DNA from: an uncultured Chloroflexia bacterium
Lineage (GTDB): Bacteria > Chloroflexota > Limnocylindria > Limnocylindrales > CSP1-4
Length of the DNA: 64,000 bases
Direction of reading: 5' to 3'
NCBI GenBank assembly: GCA_963768655.1
Contig: CAVYIM010000006.1
Location: forward strand, 224,001 to 288,000
Position 1 is the stretch's first letter. Every line of letters starts with the position of its first letter. This document shows positions 10,633 to 20,071 of this stretch, in pieces. The translations under genes and the position numbers were made by a program. The notes under the pieces were generated by a model. That model was not told the DNA's origin and ran no database searches. It saw nothing but the letters and a program-made list of their open reading frames with translations.

Positions 10633-11085
10633 ATGACTCGGGACATCTGCCCGCGGTGCGGCGCCTGGCTGATCCTGGCCGAGGTCGAATACGTGAGCCC
10701 GGACGCCCGGCCCTATCGGGACACGGGCAGCTGCCTGATCTACGAGTGCCCGGCCTGCCGCAGCGTCTTCGAGCGGTGGATGCGCGATGGCGAGCCACTC
10801 CTGCCGATGGCGGATGCGGGCTTGTCGCTGCGGACGCGCGTAGCTCGCCTGGAGGCACGTCTCGGACGTCTGAGGCGCGATGTGCGGACGCCGGCGCGCG
10901 CGGTGCCCCGCCGCAGCCGCCCGCGGCCCCGCTACTGTCCGGTGCGCCCCGCTACCGCCGGTCCCGCCGCGCGTGAGGATTCCGCTACAGCCCGGCGACC
11001 TCTTCCATTTCGGCGGCGCTCAGGCGCCACTGGGCCGCGGCGACGTTGGCCTTCACCTGGTCGGGGGTGCTGGCGCTGGCGATGA
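10633..11085 (+). CDS. Small zinc-ribbon protein (CxxC...CxxC) with basic tail; 3' end uncertain
   Basis: CPRC and CPAC motifs; TACCAT -10 seven nt before ATG; tail overlaps the convergent gene by about 100 nt. Confidence 0.5.
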   Translation: MTRDICPRCGAWLILAEVEYVSPDARPYRDTGSCLIYECPACRSVFERWMRDGEPLLPMADAGLSLRTRVARLEARLGRLRRDVRTPARAVPRRSRPRPRYCPVRPATAGPAAREDSATARRPLPFRRRSGATGPRRRWPSPGRGCWRWR

Positions 11086-11923
11086 CCGAGCCGACGATCG
11101 GCTGGCTGAGCAGCCATCCGAACGCCAGGTCGAGCAGTGTGTGCTTGCGTTCGACCGCGAATTGCTCCAGCCGCTCGAGGCGCTGGAAGTTGGCGTCGGT
11201 CAGGATCTCGCCGGCGCGCGCGCTCTCGGCGAGCCGGCCCTTGACCTCTCCGGCCGGTCGGTACTTGCCCGTCAGGAAGCCGGATTCGAGCGGGAAGTAG
11301 GGAATCACGCCGAGCCCGAATCGATGGCAGGCCGGGATGACCTCGGCCTCGATTTCGCGGACCAGGAGGTTGTAGTGCATCTGGGCCGAGATCGGGCGTG
11401 AGAGGTGGTGGGTTCGGGCGGTCCAATCGGCGTCCGCCATTTGCCAGGCGGCGAAGTTGCTGTGCCCGATCCAGCGCACTTTGCCGGCTCGCACCAGGTC
11501 GTCCAGGGCGTGGAGCGTCTCTTCGATCGGGGTCTGCGGGTCCGGCACGTGGATCTGGTAGAGGTCGATGTAGTCGGTCCGGAGGCGGCGCAGGCTGGCC
11601 TCGACGGCGCGGACGATCCACCCACGCGAAGCGCCGCGCACGTAGACCGACTCGCCCATGGGGTGGCCGAACTTCGTCGCCAGGATGACGTTCTGGCGGC
11701 GGCCGGCGAGCAGCCGCCCGAGCTGGTTCTCCGAGGCGCCCAATCCCTCCTCGGAGCCGCGGCCGTAGATGTCGGCCGTGTCCATGAAGGTGACGCCCTG
11801 TTCGAGCGCTTCGTTCAGTACCGCTCGGGCCGCTTCGTCATGGAGCCGACCGGCGAAGTTGTTCGTTCCCAGGCCCACGCTCGAAACGAGCAGGCCCGAA
11901 TCGCCGAGCCGTCTGTACTCCAC
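10985..11923 (-). CDS. Aldo/keto reductase
   Basis: YRRLGDSGL.VS.VGLGT, DTADIYG, LATKFG, SLRRLRTDYIDLYQIH, GKVRWIGHSN. Confidence 0.95.
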   Translation of the reverse strand: MEYRRLGDSGLLVSSVGLGTNNFAGRLHDEAARAVLNEALEQGVTFMDTADIYGRGSEEGLGASENQLGRLLAGRRQNVILATKFGHPMGESVYVRGASRGWIVRAVEASLRRLRTDYIDLYQIHVPDPQTPIEETLHALDDLVRAGKVRWIGHSNFAAWQMADADWTARTHHLSRPISAQMHYNLLVREIEAEVIPACHRFGLGVIPYFPLESGFLTGKYRPAGEVKGRLAESARAGEILTDANFQRLERLEQFAVERKHTLLDLAFGWLLSQPIVGSVIASASTPDQVKANVAAAQWRLSAAEMEEVAGL

Positions 11924-12162
11924 AGCGCACCTCCGTCGGGATCGATCGGGAGCGGTTTACCGCCCGACGCTCAGCCTACTGCTAGCTCGATACCGGCGCA
12001 GGAGCCCGGAAGTGGCCATCGGCGGTCCACGCCTCCGGGCAGTCCGGCCGGACGGGGACCCGCCTCGATCCGTAGAATGTCCGGAACGAAAGCGCCGGCC
12101 TCCAGGCGCGGATCGGCCGGCAGGCCGATGGAGTGAGCGAGCGAAGGAGAGGCGGAGGCGAG

Positions 12163-13329
12163 ATGGCGACAACGCAGATCGGACGGGCCGGCACCGACGA
12201 GGTAGCGGGGGCGGTCCTGAGTCAGCCGCTGCTGGGACTGACTTTCGACGACGTCCTGCTCATCCCGCAGTATTCGGAGATCCTCCCCGGCGACGCCAGC
12301 GTGAGAAGCCGATTCTCGCGCCACATCACGTTGAACACGCCGGTCGTGAGCGCCGCCATGGACACGGTCACCGAGGACGGGATGGCGATCGCCATGGCGA
12401 TCGAGGGCGGCATCGGCGTGGTCCACCGCAACCAGGCGCCGGAGCGCCAGGCCGAAGAGGTCGCGGCCGTCAAGGCGGCCGCGGTCCCGGCCGGCGCCAC
12501 GCTTGCCAGCGTGGATGCCCGCGGGCGGCTGCGCGTGGCGGCAGCCGTCGGCGTCGGCGCGGACTCCGTGGCGAGGGCCGAGGCGCTGGTCCGGGCCGGT
12601 GTCGACGCCCTGTGCGTGGACACGGCGCATGGGCACACCCGCAACGTGATCGACGCCCTGCACCGCTATCGCGCCTCTTTCGGCGACGCGGTCGACCTCG
12701 TGGCCGGGAACGTGGCCACGGCCGAGGGGACGGCCGCGCTCATCGAGGCGGGCGCGGACGGAGTGAAGGTGGGCATCGGGCCGGGAAGCATCTGCACCAC
12801 TCGGATCGTGGCCGGCGTCGGCGTCCCGCAGCTCACCGCGATCATGATGTGCGCCGCCGCGGCGCGCGAGGCCCGCGTGCCGATAATCGGCGACGGTGGC
12901 ATCCGCTACTCCGGCGACATCGTCAAGGCGCTGGCCGCGGGAGCGGATTCGGTCATGCTCGGCCGGCTCCTGGCCGTGGCAGAGGAGAGCCCCGGCGAGG
13001 CGGAGCGCGTCGGCGGGCGCGTCGTCAAGGAATATCGAGGCATGGGCTCGCTCGGCGCCATGTCGGCTGGCAGCGATCGCTATCCGCAGATCGACCGCCA
13101 CAAGCTCGTGCCGGAGGGGGTGGAGGCGCGCGTCTCGGTCGCCGGGCCGCTGGCCGGCATCCTGTACCAGCTCATCGGCGGCACCCGCGCCGGCATGACC
13201 TACTGCGGCGCCGAGTCGATCGCCGACCTGCGGGTCAAGGCGCGTTTCGTCCAGGTCACGCACTCCGGCCAGATCGAGAGCCACCCTCACGACATCGAGC
13301 TGGCTCGCTCCGCGCCAAACTACCCGTAG
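12163..13329 (+). CDS. guaB: IMP dehydrogenase lacking the CBS subdomain
   Basis: [33 protein letters not shown] (catalytic Cys), YRGMGS, VPEGVE. Confidence 0.93.
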   Translation: MATTQIGRAGTDEVAGAVLSQPLLGLTFDDVLLIPQYSEILPGDASVRSRFSRHITLNTPVVSAAMDTVTEDGMAIAMAIEGGIGVVHRNQAPERQAEEVAAVKAAAVPAGATLASVDARGRLRVAAAVGVGADSVARAEALVRAGVDALCVDTAHGHTRNVIDALHRYRASFGDAVDLVAGNVATAEGTAALIEAGADGVKVGIGPGSICTTRIVAGVGVPQLTAIMMCAAAAREARVPIIGDGGIRYSGDIVKALAAGADSVMLGRLLAVAEESPGEAERVGGRVVKEYRGMGSLGAMSAGSDRYPQIDRHKLVPEGVEARVSVAGPLAGILYQLIGGTRAGMTYCGAESIADLRVKARFVQVTHSGQIESHPHDIELARSAPNYP

Positions 13330-13369
13330 GCGGGCGGCCGTCGCGGCCGCCGCCGCATAGAATCGCCCG

Positions 13370-15220
13370 GTGACCCCTGACCTCGAAGCGACGCTGAAAG
13401 GCCTGCCGGACCGGCCGGGCGTGTACCTGATGAAGGACGCGCGCGGCACGGTCATCTACGTCGGCAAAGCCCAGAGCCTGCGCAACCGCGTCCGCAGCTA
13501 CTGGCAGAAGCAGATCGGCGGCGGCGAGAGCCAGCTCATCCGCAGCGTCATCGACAGGATCGCCGACCTCGAATACACGATGACCGACTCGGTCAGCGAG
13601 GCGCTGCTGCTCGAGATCAACCTCGTCAAGCGCTACCGACCGCGCTACAACGTCCGGCTCAAGGACGACAAGAGCTACCCGTTCATCAAGATCACGCTTG
13701 CCGAGGATTTCCCGAGGGTCGAACGGACGCGCAAGCTGCCGGCCGACGGCAGCCGCTACTTCGGTCCGTACGCCTCGGCGAGCAGCGTCGACGAGGCGAT
13801 GAACCTCATCCGCCGGCTCTTCCCATTCCGAACCTGCACTCTGGACATACATGAGGGCCGTAAGGCGATCGAGCGACCCTGCCTGCTCTACCACATCAAG
13901 CGCTGCCAGGCGCCGTGCGTCGGCTACATATCCAGGGCCGACTATCGAGCCCAGATCGAGCAGATCGAGCTTTTCCTCGAAGGCCGCCAGGAGGCGGTGG
14001 CGCGCGAGCTCAGCAAGCAGATGCAGGCAGCTTCCGCGGCGACCGAATACGAGCGGGCGGCCGCCCTGCGCGACAAGGTCCGCGCCATTGAACGGACGAT
14101 GGAGAGCCAGAAGATGGCCGCCCACGCCGCGACCGAGGAGGATGCGCTGGGGCTGGCCCGCCAGGACACCCAGGCCGCGGTCCAGCTCTTCGCGGTTCGT
14201 GGCGGAAAGATGGTCGGGCGGGACGTGTTCCTGCTCGACGCCCCGCGCGAATCGGACGACGCCACGGTGCTGGCGGGCTTCGTGCAGCAGTACTACACGC
14301 GCGCCACCAGCGTCCCGCCGGTCGTGCTCGTGCCCGCTCTCCCCGACGACGCGGCGGATCTCGAGGGGATGCTCTCCGCACGACGGGGAGCGGCGGTCCA
14401 CCTCCACGTCCCGCGGCGCGGCGAGAAGAGAGAGCTCCTGGAGCTGGCCGCCCGCAACGCCGCGGAGACGCTGGCGCGCGAGCACGCCCGCTGGCTGGCC
14501 GACCAGGGCAAGACCCTGGCGGCGCTCGAGGAGCTGGCCGAGGCCTTGGACCTTCCGGCCGCGCCCCTGCGGATCGAGTGCTACGACATCAGCAACTTCC
14601 AGGGCGCTCAATCCGTTGGCAGCATGGTCGTCTTCGAGGACGGCCGGCCCCGCACCGGCGAGTACCGGCGCTTCCGCATCAAGACGGTCGCGGGCGCCAA
14701 CGACTTCGCCAGCCACCAGGAGGTCCTGCGGCGCCGCTTCGTGCGGGCGAAGGCGGGCGATGAAGGCAGCGAGGAGGAGCTGCGCTGGCGGCTCCCTGAC
14801 CTGGTCGTGATCGACGGCGGCAAGGGCCAGCTCTCCGCGGCGAAGGAAGTGCTCGACGACCTGGGCTACCACGATCTGGCGGTGGTCGGGCTGGCCAAGG
14901 AGCGCGAAGAGATCTTCCTGCCCGATCGAGACGGGCCGGTCTTGCTGCCGACCACGTCGCCGGCGCTGTACCTGATGCAGCGTTTGCGCGACGAGGCCCA
15001 CCGCTTCGCCATCACCTACCACCGCGCCTTGCGGGCGAAGGCCGCCACTCACTCCGCCTTCGATGACCTGCCGGGCGTGGGCCCAAAGCGCCGGGCCGCT
15101 CTGCTGCGGGTCTTCGGCTCGGCCAGGCGCGTGCGCGAAGCGCCGCTGGAGCAGATCGCCGCGGTGCCTGGAATAGGCGCTGCCCTCGCCGCGAAGATCA
15201 AGACCGGCCTGGAGGCGTAG
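13370..15220 (+). CDS. uvrC: Excinuclease ABC subunit C
   Basis: GIY-YIG (GVYLMKD..IYVGKA), RIECYDIS, DGGKGQ, RDEAHRFA, C-terminal HhH. Confidence 0.98.
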   Translation: MTPDLEATLKGLPDRPGVYLMKDARGTVIYVGKAQSLRNRVRSYWQKQIGGGESQLIRSVIDRIADLEYTMTDSVSEALLLEINLVKRYRPRYNVRLKDDKSYPFIKITLAEDFPRVERTRKLPADGSRYFGPYASASSVDEAMNLIRRLFPFRTCTLDIHEGRKAIERPCLLYHIKRCQAPCVGYISRADYRAQIEQIELFLEGRQEAVARELSKQMQAASAATEYERAAALRDKVRAIERTMESQKMAAHAATEEDALGLARQDTQAAVQLFAVRGGKMVGRDVFLLDAPRESDDATVLAGFVQQYYTRATSVPPVVLVPALPDDAADLEGMLSARRGAAVHLHVPRRGEKRELLELAARNAAETLAREHARWLADQGKTLAALEELAEALDLPAAPLRIECYDISNFQGAQSVGSMVVFEDGRPRTGEYRRFRIKTVAGANDFASHQEVLRRRFVRAKAGDEGSEEELRWRLPDLVVIDGGKGQLSAAKEVLDDLGYHDLAVVGLAKEREEIFLPDRDGPVLLPTTSPALYLMQRLRDEAHRFAITYHRALRAKAATHSAFDDLPGVGPKRRAALLRVFGSARRVREAPLEQIAAVPGIGAALAAKIKTGLEA

Positions 15221-15305
15221 GGGCGCGACACCGAGACGCCGCGCCAGGCCCGTCGCACGCCGCCCGTCGCACGCCGCCGGGGCCGCCCTGCTATCATCCC
15301 GGCTC

Positions 15306-16745
15306 GTGCGAAGATTCGTTCCCATCCTGATCCTGATCCTTGGCGCGCTCGCCATCTACATCGACATCCCGGGCTCCCAGTTCGTGGTGCTCAGCAACGT
15401 CAACGGCGGGTTTACGCAGCCGCTGCACACCAAGCTGGGGCTCGACCTCAAGGGCGGATACTCGGTTACGTACCAGGCGCAGCCGGTGACCGACCCAACG
15501 ACCGGAGACGTCAGCTACCCGACCTCGGACGCGATGCAAACGATCCAGGGCATCATCGAGAACCGCGTCAACACCACCGGTACGCTCGAAGCGGTGGTGG
15601 AAACCCAGGGCACGGATCAGATCCTGGTGGAAGTGCCAGGTGCCGCCAACCCGCAGACCATCAGGAATCTGGTGGGCGCTTCTGGGTCGCTGAGCTTCAT
15701 CCCGCTCGATCCGACGATCTACGGTCACATGGACACGACCCAGAATCCGGCAACCTCGGTGCCCGGGACGTTGCCAGTCCCCGCCCTGGGCAGCGAATAC
15801 ACCAGCGCGATGGGCTCGCCCCTCTTCTCCGGCGATCAGGTCGATGGGCAGCAGGTCCGCGCCTATCTCGACACTAGCAAGACCCCGGCCCTCTGGACCG
15901 TCACTCTCGCGCTCAAGACCACGGCCGCCGCGACCTTCTCGACGTGGAGCAGCGCCAACGTCGGTGACTACTTCATGATCGTGATGGACGGCAAGATCGT
16001 GTCGACACCGTACATCCAGGAGGCGATCACCAGCGGCCAGGCGGAGATCAGCGGCAACTTCACGTCCGACACGGCGAACCAGCTGGCCACCGTTCTCAAG
16101 TACGGTGCCCTGCCTTTCCCGCTGAAGTTCCTGACCGACAAGGAAGTCCCGGCCACGCTGGGGCAGAGCTTCCTCAACGAGACGCTGCTCGCCGGCGCCA
16201 TCGGGATCGGGCTGGTCCTGCTCTTCATGCTCGTCTACTACCGCCTGCCCGGCGCGATCGCATGTATGGCCCTCGCCTACTACGCCCTTGCCGTGTACGC
16301 GATGTTCCGGATCATCCCCGTCACACTCACTCTCGCCGGAATCGCAGCTTTCGTGCTCTCGGTAGGAATGGCGGTCGACGCCAACATCCTGATCTTCGAG
16401 AGGACCAAGGAGGAGCTTCGGTCGGGCAAGACGCTGGTCTCGGCGATAGAAGCTGGGTTCAACCGGGCCTGGAACTCGATCTTCGACTCCAACGTTTCGA
16501 GCCTGATAACCGCGTCGATCCTGTACTTCCTGGGATCTGCCGAGATCAAGGGCTTCGCTCTTGTTCTGATCATCGGCGTAGCTACATCCTTGTTCACTGC
16601 CATCACCGTCTCACGCACGCTGCTCCGCGTGGTCGTCAAGCAGAGCTTCGCTGCCAGAGCCTGGCTGTTCGGCGTGTCAGACGAGGAGTTCCAGGCTCGG
16701 GCGCTGCCCGGTCGCTATCGCAGGGAGGCCCGCGGCCGTGTTTGA
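15306..16745 (+). CDS. secD: Protein translocase subunit SecD
   Basis: LGLDLKGG, GALP, GMAVDANILIFER, DSNV, KGFA. Confidence 0.96.
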   Translation: MRRFVPILILILGALAIYIDIPGSQFVVLSNVNGGFTQPLHTKLGLDLKGGYSVTYQAQPVTDPTTGDVSYPTSDAMQTIQGIIENRVNTTGTLEAVVETQGTDQILVEVPGAANPQTIRNLVGASGSLSFIPLDPTIYGHMDTTQNPATSVPGTLPVPALGSEYTSAMGSPLFSGDQVDGQQVRAYLDTSKTPALWTVTLALKTTAAATFSTWSSANVGDYFMIVMDGKIVSTPYIQEAITSGQAEISGNFTSDTANQLATVLKYGALPFPLKFLTDKEVPATLGQSFLNETLLAGAIGIGLVLLFMLVYYRLPGAIACMALAYYALAVYAMFRIIPVTLTLAGIAAFVLSVGMAVDANILIFERTKEELRSGKTLVSAIEAGFNRAWNSIFDSNVSSLITASILYFLGSAEIKGFALVLIIGVATSLFTAITVSRTLLRVVVKQSFAARAWLFGVSDEEFQARALPGRYRREARGRV

Positions 16746-18099
16746 CGTCATCGGGAAGCGGAACTGGTTCTTCCTCTTCTCGGGTCTGATCGTCGTCCCG
16801 GGATTCATCTTCATCCTGCTGACGCCGCTCACCAACGGCAAGGTCGGCCTCCAGTTCTCGGTCGACTACACCGGCGGCACCGAATGGCAGGTCCAGTTCA
16901 AGAACCCGAACGTAACCACCGATCAGGTCCGGGCCGTTTTCTTGCAGAACGGCGTCACCGACGCCTCGGTGTCGGAGGACACGGCCAACTACTTCACGGT
17001 CCTGACCAAGCGATACGACCTGTTCCCGCAGCCGACACTGCCTCCACCGACGCCCACGCCGGGCGCCTCCGCGTCGGCAAGTGCTTCTGCCACGGCGACG
17101 GCCTCGCCATCGCCGAGCCCCAGTCCGAGCCCGAGCCCGACTCCGGCGCCCACTGCGACGCCATCGGCCACGGCCGGCGCAAGCGTGTCACCGGGTGCCA
17201 GCGCGTCCGCGAGCGCCGCTGCCAGCGCGTCACCGAGCGCCGCTGCCGGCGCGTCACCGAGCCCAACCGCCAGCCCTTCGCCGAGCGCGACAGCGAGCCC
17301 TTCGGCTTCGCCTTCGGCATCGCCGAGCGCCAGCGCCTCCGCGTCCGCCTCGCCGACACCAACGCCGGCGCCCGTGCTGAACGGCACCGGCCAGAATGGC
17401 AAGCCTTGCGCATTGCAGCTCCCGACCGAGGGCATCCTCTCCAACATAATCGCCGACATCAACGCCGACCAGTCAACCTTCGGCGGCATCACCTGCACCG
17501 GTGAGGAAACGACGGTCGGACCGATCGTCAGCGCCCAGCTGATCCAGCAGACCGTCCTGCTGATCCTTCTCGGCTCTCTCGGAATCCTGATCTGGGTCGG
17601 CATTCGGTTCCACAGCATCAAGTTCGGCGCCACGGCGCTGGCCGCCCTGCTCCACGACGTGATCGTGGTGGTTGGCTCATTCGCGATCATGGGGACCATC
17701 TTCGGGGTCCAGATCGACTCGCTCTTCGTGACGGCGATGCTGACGGTCATCGGGTTCAGCGTTCACGACACGATCGTCGTGTACGACCGGATCCGCGAGA
17801 ACAAGGCTCGCCATGCCGGCGAGCCGTTCGACCAGATCGTCAACCACTCGATCCTGCAGACCTTCGGCCGGTCGATCAACACCAGCTTCACGGTCGTCCT
17901 GACTCTGTTCGCGCTGCTGTTCTTCGCCGGCGCTTCGGTCCACTACTTCGTGCTGGCGCTGCTGATCGGAATCATCTCCGGCACGTACTCGTCGATCTTC
18001 AATGCCAGTCCGCTGCTCGTGGTCTGGCAGTTGTGGGACGACCGTCGCCGGGCCGAGCAGCTTGCGCTGGCGCGCAGCTCGCGACGCGGCAACGGCTGA
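16738..18099 (+). CDS. secF: Protein translocase subunit SecF with a long Ser/Ala/Pro/Thr insert
   Basis: DYTGGT, ALLHDV, GFSVHDTIVVYDRIRE, GTYSSIF. Confidence 0.96.
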   Translation: MFDVIGKRNWFFLFSGLIVVPGFIFILLTPLTNGKVGLQFSVDYTGGTEWQVQFKNPNVTTDQVRAVFLQNGVTDASVSEDTANYFTVLTKRYDLFPQPTLPPPTPTPGASASASASATATASPSPSPSPSPSPTPAPTATPSATAGASVSPGASASASAAASASPSAAAGASPSPTASPSPSATASPSASPSASPSASASASASPTPTPAPVLNGTGQNGKPCALQLPTEGILSNIIADINADQSTFGGITCTGEETTVGPIVSAQLIQQTVLLILLGSLGILIWVGIRFHSIKFGATALAALLHDVIVVVGSFAIMGTIFGVQIDSLFVTAMLTVIGFSVHDTIVVYDRIRENKARHAGEPFDQIVNHSILQTFGRSINTSFTVVLTLFALLFFAGASVHYFVLALLIGIISGTYSSIFNASPLLVVWQLWDDRRRAEQLALARSSRRGNG

Positions 18100-18189
18100 T
18101 CGCGATTCTCTGGCGTCGGGCGGCGCCGCGGAGCCCCAGGTAAGCGCCGGATACGCGGGCGATGAGCCCGGCATGGCATCCTGAGCGGC

Positions 18190-20071
18190 ATGATCGAATC
18201 GCTCTACGAGTGGGTCGCGCCACCCGACGTTGCCGTGGCCGCGGAGTGCGTCGCGATCGGCGCCGCACGCGGCATCTCCGATCGAATGCTCCGGCTGCTG
18301 GCGGTGCGGGGCGTCGCCAGCCCCGACGAGTTGCGGCTCTTCCTCGCCGCTCCAGAGGAGGGGCTCCACGATCCGCGGCTGCTGCCCGACGCCGAGGCCG
18401 CTCTCTTGCGGGTGGCGGCGGCCCGGGCACGAGACGAGCGCGTCCTCGTATACGGCGACTTCGACGCCGACGGGCTGACCGGCCTGGCGATCCTGGTCAT
18501 CGCCCTCCGCCGCCTGGGCCTGGACGCCGCAGCTTACACGCCCGAGCGGCTCGGCGACGGTCACGGCCTGTCTCTGCGGGCCGTCGAGAGCGGCCGCGAA
18601 CGATAGGCGGACGCTCATAGTCACGGCCGACTGCGGGACGAGCAGCGGCGCGGAGATCGAGGCAGCGGCCCGGCGAGGCATCGACGTCCTGGTCACCGAT
18701 CACCATCACGCGGCCACGTGGCCGACGTCTGCGGTGGCGGTGGTCAACCCGCAGCGCGCCGACTGCGCCTACCCGGACCGCCGTCTGACCGGCGCAGGAG
18801 TCGCCTGGAAGTTCGCCCACCTCCTCCTGAACCCGCCCGGCGGCACCGGCCTGCCCGAGGCGGTTCGCGAGCTGACGGACCTGGCCATCATCGGTACGGT
18901 CGCCGACGTCGCGCCGATCGTGGGCGAGAATCGCTCGATCGCCCGGCTCGGTCTCGAGCAGCTCCGCCATACCGCTCGCCCGGGTCTGGTCGCCCTGCTG
19001 GCCCGGGCCGGGGTCGTGCCCGAGAAGATGGGTCTGGACGACATCGGGTTCGCCATCGCGCCGCGGCTGAACGCCGCCGGGAGGGTCGGGGAGGCGGCCC
19101 GTTCGGCTCGACTGCTGCTGGCCGAGGACAGCGCGGAGGCCGGCACGCTGGCCGACGAGATCGAGGCGGCCAACACCGGAGCGGCCGGGGTTGACGAAGA
19201 GCTACCTGGCGGAGGCCAGGCTGGCGCTGGGACTCGGTCTCGCCTCCGGCGAGGTCGCGGACCTCGGGGCCGACGCGAAACCGGGGCCGGCCGTGGAGCC
19301 CGCCGACCCGTCGAGCGGAAACGAGTCGAGTGGGTCGCTGCCGCCGGCATTGCTCGTCCGGGGCGAGTGGCCGGTCGGGCTCATCGGCCTGATCGCCGGC
19401 CGCCTGGCCGACGAGACGGACCGACCGGCGGTCGTGGCTCGCCAATCGATCCGGAAGCCGGCTTGCTGCGGGCGTCGTGCCGGGGGCCTCAGGGTTGGAA
19501 CCTGGCCGAGGCACTGATCGCCTGCGAGGACCTGCTGGTCCGCCACGGCGGCCATGCCGCCGCCGCCGGCTTCGACATCGAGACGGATCGCTGGCCCGAA
19601 TTCGAGCGCCAATTCCTGGGCCTGGCGGCCGGGGCGCCACGGCGGTCCGGACGCGCCGAGCTTCGCCTCGACGTCGTGCTGCCGGCGACCGACGTCGACT
19701 ACCGTCTCGTCCGGGAGCTCGAAATGCTGGAACCGACCGGCCCCGGCAATCCGGCGCCGACGCTGGGCCTCACCGGGCTGAAGGTCGTCAGAGCACGATC
19801 CGCGAGCGGAGGGCATACTCAACTGGTGCTGGGACGCGGCCGAGACGTACTCGATGCCGTCGCCTTTCGAAGGCCGGATCTGGCGTCGTCGCTGCGGGAG
19901 GGTGACCTAATAGACGTCGTCGCTCGAGCGGTAAGTCGCCGCTTCGGAGGTTTCGAGTCAATTCAGCTGGAGGTGCTCGACGTGGCATCCGAGGGCATGT
20001 CGGCGGCCGTGGCGTCGTCGCGCGCCGGCGCAGGCACCTCCGCGCCAGGTAGAGGGCCGATCCCCGCATGA
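18190..20071 (+). pseudogene. recJ: ssDNA exonuclease RecJ with three frameshifts (pseudogene or consensus errors)
   Basis: YGDFDADG, TADCG, TDHH, GTVADV, PRLNAAGR, GGHAAAAG and EP.GPGNP are spread over different frames; shifts near 18590, 19178 and 19441. Confidence 0.85.

Noticed and set aside
15248-15277. 14-bp direct repeat GCCCGTCGCACGCC x2 upstream of secD
   Set aside because: Short GC-rich duplication, likely slippage; no evidence of function
18586-18611. Programmed frameshifting in recJ
   Set aside because: Three separate shifts and no canonical slippery heptamer; errors or decay are simpler explanations
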